NCBI GenBank assembly: GCA_964519615.1 | Contig: CAZFIM010000002.1 | Span: 23,814 to 87,813, forward strand | Source: an uncultured Dehalococcoidales bacterium | GTDB taxonomy: Bacteria; Chloroflexota; Dehalococcoidia; GIF9; UBA5629 | DNA length: 64,000 bases | Direction: 5' to 3' | Shown here: positions 58,935-64,000 of the stretch, in pieces | Layout: each line of letters starts with the position of its first letter | Numbering within the stretch: position 1 is the first letter of the stretch | Program-made: the position numbers and the translations under genes | The notes under the pieces: generated by a model | Told to the model about the DNA's origin: nothing | The model's input: the letters and a program-made list of their open reading frames with translations, nothing else | Database searches by the model: none

Positions 58935-59627
58935 TTAGCTGTCCTTTCCCGGTGCGTTGTTTTGCATTACCTTTCGTCTTGCTTTTAAAATTGAAGGCTC
59001 CAGGGCCCAGTCGCCGAAGTGTTCCAGGAGAGTCTTTTGTAATGTCTCTAACGGCACATCGGGGTAGTGGCGGCCCAGGTCCTGGAGATATTCTATATGC
59101 GGCTTCCCGTCCCGGTTGTATGGGGGGAAAACGGCATCGTGGTAGCCGTCGAAATCGACGGGGATAAAGCGGAATTTTTCACACATGTGGATATCGAAAG
59201 CAGGCGTCGCTTTTACCCACTTGCCTTCCAGAAATAACTCGGTATAACCATGAAAGGGAAAGATATTGGTACCAATCAGCTGAATTGTATGTGTGGGGAT
59301 CAGGTTATTCTTTATTCTCGCAAAACTCAGACTGGATGGTATGCCCGCGGCTCGGGCTAAGGCGGAAAGGAGGACAGCTTTCTGGACACAATATCCTTCC
59401 CTTCTGGTTAAAATATTACTGGCCTTAAAATGCTCCGGCAGGGATTTGGAGACGAAGACATTGTAGCGGATTTCGTCTCGTACAAAGTAAAACAGGCTTA
59501 CGGCCTGATCAACGGGTCTGGTCTTCCCGCGGATCAGGTTGCGGGCTTGCTCCTGAATAATGGGAGTAGCGGAGTCTATGATAGGGGAGTTCTCCAGGTA
59601 TTTATTCAGGTCTTCGTTCGTAAACAT
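58935..59627 (-). CDS. transglutaminase-like superfamily protein (Cys-protease fold)
   Basis: REGYCVQKAVLLSALARAAGIPS core with downstream His/Asp. Start trimmed to MFTNEDL; the upstream 26 codons look non-coding. Confidence 0.65.
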   Translation of the reverse strand: MFTNEDLNKYLENSPIIDSATPIIQEQARNLIRGKTRPVDQAVSLFYFVRDEIRYNVFVSKSLPEHFKASNILTRREGYCVQKAVLLSALARAAGIPSSLSFARIKNNLIPTHTIQLIGTNIFPFHGYTELFLEGKWVKATPAFDIHMCEKFRFIPVDFDGYHDAVFPPYNRDGKPHIEYLQDLGRHYPDVPLETLQKTLLEHFGDWALEPSILKARRKVMQNNAPGKDS

Positions 59628-59759
59628 TTTTTTCTCGTTTCTTGCTGATAGCCCGCATTTTCGCCGGTGTGTGTAAGAAGAGTGGTAACACCGGTTCCGT
59701 ATCATTTTAAGGCCGCAAATAAGCCGTTTGTGAGTATCAATCCTTTCTCTTTTTTTATA

Positions 59760-60956
59760 CTATGCCGTTTGAGCGGCTTTGGACGATTTTTCTTTAGCCG
59801 CATCCACAAACTGCGCTTCGCGCATCAAGTGGCGGGCGATAGTCAAGCGCTGCATTTCACTGGTGCCCTCATAAATGCTGCAGATTCTGGCATCGCGGAA
59901 ATACCGCTCCACCGGATAGTCCTTGACATAGCCGTAGCCGCCGAATATCTGGATGGCCTTGTCCGTGACAAACATGGCTGCTTCAGCAGCATAGAGCTTG
60001 GCCATGCAGGCCTCTTTTACGAAAGGCAGTCCGTTCTGCTCAAGCCATGCTGCACGGTAGGTGAGCAGGCGGGCGCAATCAAGCTGCGTGGCCATATCGG
60101 CCAACATCCACTGAATGGCCTGCAGGTTGATGATCGGCTTGCCGAACTGCTGCCTGTCCTTGGCATACTCTATTGCTTTGTCAAAGGCGCCCTGGGCGAT
60201 ACCCAGCGCCTGAGCGGCAACACTGATGCGGCTGGAATCGATAGCGGAGATGGCGATCTTGAACCCTTCTCCGATCTTGCCCAGAATGTTCTCTTCCGGC
60301 ACGAAGCAGTCTTCTAAAATAAGCTCTGCCGTCGATGAACCGCGGATACCGAGCTTGTGCTCCAGTTTGCCCACTGAATATCCGGGAGTGCCTTTCTCGA
60401 CTATAAAAGCGGTTACACCCTTATGCCCCAGGGATTTATCGACAGTGGCGAACACCAGAATAATCTCCGCTTCATTGCCGTTGGTGATGAATATTTTGTT
60501 TCCGTTGAGCAAATAGCCGCCGTCTGTCTTGGTTGCGGTGGTCTGAAGTGCAGTTGCGTCACTGCCTGCGCTCGGCTCGGTTAAACCAAAACAGCAGATC
60601 TTCTCGCCTTTGGCAATCGGGACGGTGAAACGCTTGCGCTGGTCTTCATTGGCAAATTTATATATCGGTTTCCCGGCAAGACCCGCGGTAACCATGTAAA
60701 CAGTTGATGTAGAAGCGCATGTACGAGAAAGCTCTTCCATCACTAAAGCGAAGTCGACTGAGCTTCCTCCGCCACCGGCGTATTGCTCGGGAAAAGGCAG
60801 GCCGATAAGGCCCAGCTCAGCGAGTTTCTTGATGTTCTCTGCAGGGTAGAGACAGTTCTCATCTATCTCCGCTGCCAGCGGCTCAAAATCTTTGGTACAC
60901 AGATCGCGCACCATTGTCTTAAGCATTTTTTGTTCTTCCGTTAGTTCATAATCCAT
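59760..60956 (-). CDS. acyl-CoA dehydrogenase (short/medium-chain type)
   Basis: 398 aa ACAD with the catalytic Glu region (YEGTSEMQRL) and FAD-binding motifs. Confidence 0.9.
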   Translation of the reverse strand: MDYELTEEQKMLKTMVRDLCTKDFEPLAAEIDENCLYPAENIKKLAELGLIGLPFPEQYAGGGGSSVDFALVMEELSRTCASTSTVYMVTAGLAGKPIYKFANEDQRKRFTVPIAKGEKICCFGLTEPSAGSDATALQTTATKTDGGYLLNGNKIFITNGNEAEIILVFATVDKSLGHKGVTAFIVEKGTPGYSVGKLEHKLGIRGSSTAELILEDCFVPEENILGKIGEGFKIAISAIDSSRISVAAQALGIAQGAFDKAIEYAKDRQQFGKPIINLQAIQWMLADMATQLDCARLLTYRAAWLEQNGLPFVKEACMAKLYAAEAAMFVTDKAIQIFGGYGYVKDYPVERYFRDARICSIYEGTSEMQRLTIARHLMREAQFVDAAKEKSSKAAQTA

Positions 60957-61008
60957 TGTGTTTTCCTCCTATATTCCTGCTATTTCTGAGTTGCTTGTTA
61001 AAAAACAA

Positions 61009-61182
61009 CTATTTGTTTCCTATTTCAACCGTCACATCCGTTCGTATCCCTTTTTGGCGCATCAGTCTTTTTTCCTTAAGCGCGGTATAAAGGCCGCCCA
61101 GATTCAAATACCATAAAAATGCAGCCGGAAAGAGAATGACGGGTATGGCGATGATCAATACTACTATGAATTTCCATTCCAT
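61009..61182 (-). CDS. small membrane protein (MEWKFI... family), paralogue of 58135-58350
   Basis: 57 aa: MEWKFIVVLIIAIPVILFPAAFLWYLNLGGLYTALKEKRLMRQKGIRTDVTVEIGNK. The first 30 residues are nearly identical to the other copy. The ORF was missed by the provided track because it is shorter than 60 aa. Confidence 0.5.
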   Translation of the reverse strand: MEWKFIVVLIIAIPVILFPAAFLWYLNLGGLYTALKEKRLMRQKGIRTDVTVEIGNK

Positions 61183-61213
61183 TGTTCAGATATCCTTTGT
61201 CCTTGTCCATTTC

Positions 61214-63121
61214 TTAAAAAGTGAGCTTTATTTCAAGCATCTCTCGGCTGGAGACCTTTTCCATCTTCAAGCCGGTCTTTTCAAACAGGTGCTGCATCGG
61301 CTGGTTTTCCTTCAGTACCTCTGCCGTAAATCCCAGCAGTCCCTGCTTCTTGGCTAAAAAAATCAAATATGAGAGCAGTTCTGTGCCTATACCCAAATTC
61401 TGATACTCGTCCGATACTATAAAAGCCACATTAGCGGTGTGAGTATTTTCGTTTCTCCAGAAACGCCCTTCACCTACTATAGTCTCTTTCACTCCATTTT
61501 CTATTACGGCAGCGATAGCCATTTCCTTGTTATAATCGATGCCCACTAATCTCTGAAGGCGCTCATGCGGCATATCGCGGCGCTGCGAGATAAACCTGCG
61601 GTACATGCTGTTTTCAGAAATAGAGTAGAACAAATCCTTGAGCAGGGGCTCATCACTGATCCGTACCGGTCTGAGCAGTACGGGAAGGTCGTTTTTAGCG
61701 ACCATGTGTGTTTCAAGCTCCTCGGGATACTCTCCTCCTTTGCCTTCGATGAAGACCTGATCCTGATAGATGAGCTTGAGGTTTTTAGCCTTCTCTATAA
61801 GCTCCTGTCTGAATTGGGGATGAGCGATAGAGATAAGCGCCATCGCGCGCTCACGCACATTTTTACCGTGAAGATAGGCGATCCCGTACTCGGTAACCAC
61901 ATAGTGAATGTCCCCTCTGGTGAGAGTTACGCCTGCGCCCTCGGTCAGGAAAGGAACGATGCGCGAGACGGCCCCATCCTCAGCGGTGGACTGCATGGCC
62001 AATATAGTCTTTCCTCCGCGTGCCAGCACCGCACCTCTCATAAAATCAGCCTGCCCGCCTATGCCGCTGTAAAATGTTTTGCCCAGCGATTCCGCCGTGG
62101 CCTGTCCGGTCAGGTCTATTTCCAGTGCACTATTTATAGCGGTAATGTTATCATGCTGGGCGATTATCAACGGATTATTGGTATAATCGATGGTTTTGAA
62201 CTCGATACCGGGGTTGTCGTGTATATATTGATAGGTTTCCGCTTTGCCCATGCAGAAAGAGGCTACCGTTTTACCGCGGCCGACGGTCTTCTTGCTGTTA
62301 TCGACAACACCCAGCTTCATCAGATGGATGATGCCTTCGGTCAGAAGCTCGGTATGTACGCCCAGATGCTTCTTGCCTTTGAGGCTGGAAAGTATCGCAT
62401 TGGGCATGCTGCCGTAGCCGACCTGAATGGTATCTCCGTCCTGTATCAGCCGGGCTACATATTTTCCTATCCTGTTTACGATCTCGTCTGGCGCTTTCTC
62501 ATCATATTCCAGTAAGGATTCATCGTAAGGAACGATGTAGTCAACATCCTCGATGTGGATAAAGCCGTCGCCGTGCACGCGCGGCATCTGTGAGTTGACC
62601 TGCGCGATGACCAGTGAAGCGTTCTCAACGGCAGCCTTGACAATATCGACGCTTACCCCCAGGCTAATATACCCTTTTTCATCGGGAAGGGAGGTCTGCA
62701 CCAGCACTACATCTATAGGCACCAGCTTCTGCGCAAATAGCCCGGGGAGCTGTGAGAGAAATATGGGAGTGTAATCAGCTATACCGGCATTAACTTTCTC
62801 TCTGGTGGCATTGCCTATAAAAAAGGAGTTATGCCTGAAATTGGTCTTGAACTTTTCATCAGTATAGGGAGCGATTCCCAGAGTCCAGACCTGGATGACC
62901 TGGGTATCGAAGAAGGCCTTGGGCCTGGCCTTCACATACTCGATCAGCGCGCTGACCAGATATTGAGGTTCGCCGCAGGCAGTGCTGATAAAAATGCGGG
63001 AGCCAGGACGGATATGATTGAAAATAGCTTGTTCAGATGCGAATTTTTCCGGATATAACAGGCGCATCTGTTCCAGATTCTGGTGGTTTGTATTCGTTTT
63101 TATGATTTCAGCTATTTCCAT
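61214..63121 (-). CDS. acetyl-CoA hydrolase/transferase-family (4-hydroxybutyrate CoA-transferase-like) domain fused to a C-terminal GNAT acetyltransferase domain
   Basis: An N-terminal CoA-transferase fold of about 490 aa (GGQADFMRGA...) is followed by a GNAT domain (FIVSDEYQNLGIGTELLSYLIFLAKKQGL). Confidence 0.8.
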   Translation of the reverse strand: MEIAEIIKTNTNHQNLEQMRLLYPEKFASEQAIFNHIRPGSRIFISTACGEPQYLVSALIEYVKARPKAFFDTQVIQVWTLGIAPYTDEKFKTNFRHNSFFIGNATREKVNAGIADYTPIFLSQLPGLFAQKLVPIDVVLVQTSLPDEKGYISLGVSVDIVKAAVENASLVIAQVNSQMPRVHGDGFIHIEDVDYIVPYDESLLEYDEKAPDEIVNRIGKYVARLIQDGDTIQVGYGSMPNAILSSLKGKKHLGVHTELLTEGIIHLMKLGVVDNSKKTVGRGKTVASFCMGKAETYQYIHDNPGIEFKTIDYTNNPLIIAQHDNITAINSALEIDLTGQATAESLGKTFYSGIGGQADFMRGAVLARGGKTILAMQSTAEDGAVSRIVPFLTEGAGVTLTRGDIHYVVTEYGIAYLHGKNVRERAMALISIAHPQFRQELIEKAKNLKLIYQDQVFIEGKGGEYPEELETHMVAKNDLPVLLRPVRISDEPLLKDLFYSISENSMYRRFISQRRDMPHERLQRLVGIDYNKEMAIAAVIENGVKETIVGEGRFWRNENTHTANVAFIVSDEYQNLGIGTELLSYLIFLAKKQGLLGFTAEVLKENQPMQHLFEKTGLKMEKVSSREMLEIKLTF

Positions 63122-63132
63122 TTTTAACGGTT

Positions 63133-63161
63133 CCGCCGCCGCTCCTTGCGGTGCGGCGGCG
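63133..63161. terminator. GC-rich hairpin CCGCCGCCGC-N10-GCGGCGGCG between the acyl-CoA synthetase and CoA-transferase/GNAT genes
   Basis: Inverted repeat read directly; no U-tract. Confidence 0.3.
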
Positions 63162-63190
63162 AACCCCTCCGTTGTAGTAAAACTGGCTAT

Positions 63191-64000
63191 TTAACTCTTA
63201 TTTACCAGGTCACGTTCTCTCTGTTTCAGTACGTTCTTTTGTATCTTTCCGGTAGCCGTTCTGGGAATCTTGTTGAATTCTATTTCCCGCGGGATCTTAA
63301 ATCCGGCCAGACGCTCCCGGCAGAACTGCTGTATCTCTTCTTTAGTTACGCTTTCACCGGCCGCTACCTGTATCACGGCTTTTACGATCTCGCCCCACTT
63401 CTCGTCCGGTTTACCGATAACCGCTACGTCGAACACCGCAGGGTGCTCAATGATGACGTTCTCAACCTCAACACTGGATACGTTCTCGCCGCCGGTGATA
63501 ATGATGTCCTTGATACGGTCAACTATCTCAATATAGCCGTCGGGATGTACTACTGCGGCGTCTCCGGTATGGAACCAACCGCCCCTGAAGGCCTCTTCCG
63601 TTTTATCATGTTCTTTGAAATACCACTGCATGACGTTGTTGCCGCGCATGATGATCTCGCCGCGGGTCTCGCCGTCCCAGGGGATTTCATTCATATCATC
63701 GTCAACTACTTTGACGAAGGTGCAGGTGACATAAGGAACACCCTGTCGTGACTTGAGTTTAGCACGCTCCGCAAGGGGAAGGTGGTCCCATTCCTCACTC
63801 TTCCATTCACAAATGGTATGCGGCCCATAGACCTCGGTCAATCCGTATACCTGATGGACATCGAAGCCCACGCTCTCGGCCAGACCGATGACCATCGGTG
63901 AAGGCGGTGCACCGGCAATATAGCCGAATACCCTGTTATCGAATTGGCGGTTGTTCTGTTTCATATAATCGCCGATAGTGGTATAGACGGTGGGTGCGGC
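63191..64000 (-). CDS. AMP-forming acyl-CoA synthetase (AMP-binding enzyme), 3' portion; gene continues beyond window end
   Basis: C-terminal AMP-binding signature GWFHTGD, hinge DRIKDIIITGGENV and terminal PRTATGKIQK. Confidence 0.8.
   Translation of the reverse strand, partial: AAPTVYTTIGDYMKQNNRQFDNRVFGYIAGAPPSPMVIGLAESVGFDVHQVYGLTEVYGPHTICEWKSEEWDHLPLAERAKLKSRQGVPYVTCTFVKVVDDDMNEIPWDGETRGEIIMRGNNVMQWYFKEHDKTEEAFRGGWFHTGDAAVVHPDGYIEIVDRIKDIIITGGENVSSVEVENVIIEHPAVFDVAVIGKPDEKWGEIVKAVIQVAAGESVTKEEIQQFCRERLAGFKIPREIEFNKIPRTATGKIQKNVLKQRERDLVNKS

Noticed and set aside
61136-61357. 73 aa plus-strand ORF MTGMAMINTT...
   Set aside because: It is antisense to the short MEWKFI paralogue (61009-61182) and the start of the CoA-transferase gene. 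The minus-strand reading has an RBS and an obvious paralogue.

Overview
The window is a 64 kb bacterial chromosomal segment of about 50% GC with dense coding on both strands. No rRNA, tRNA, CRISPR array, transposase or integrase is recognisable. Housekeeping genes present are pyrF, dinB, nadK, an 11-gene nuoABCDHIJKLMN complex I operon with no nuoEFG in the window, rsmD, coaD, proC, yggT, leuS, and the korD gene plus a korA 5' fragment of a 2-oxoacid:ferredoxin oxidoreductase. An ECF sigma / anti-sigma / HtrA envelope-stress module is also present. Five accessory blocks stand out. (1) MarR followed by an FmdE-like, TsaA/TrmO-like and SAM-methyltransferase operon. (2) A DtxR-family regulator with a candidate iron-box, followed by a roughly 1330 aa protein that fuses two HgdC/BadF-type activase ATPase domains to a dehydratase-like C-terminal domain, then a hypothetical protein. 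(3) A divergent NarL-type two-component system next to a glycyl-radical-enzyme homologue, its radical-SAM activase and a TRAP transporter. The GRE homologue has Thr at the glycyl-radical position and Asn at the Cys-loop Glu position, although the activase looks intact. (4) A GntR-controlled sugar-acid-type catabolic operon (enolase-superfamily dehydratase, 2-hydroxyacid dehydrogenase, ICL/PEP-mutase family enzyme, DctPQM TRAP). (5) An acyl-CoA block containing an acyl-CoA dehydrogenase, a CoA-transferase/GNAT fusion, an AMP-forming acyl-CoA synthetase (runs off the window end) and two paralogous small membrane proteins. A small IscA/HesB-like ORF carries an in-frame TGA exactly at the conserved first Cys, followed by a hairpin, which makes it a probable selenoprotein. 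A HAD hydrolase and a NUDIX hydrolase are each interrupted by a single frameshift inside a homopolymer run (A4 and C8). Several clean promoters, operator-like repeats and hairpin terminators are visible. The 11-subunit nuo operon, the GRE and TRAP systems, and the ferredoxin-type enzymes suggest an anaerobic lineage, possibly Chloroflexota-like; this is inference only.
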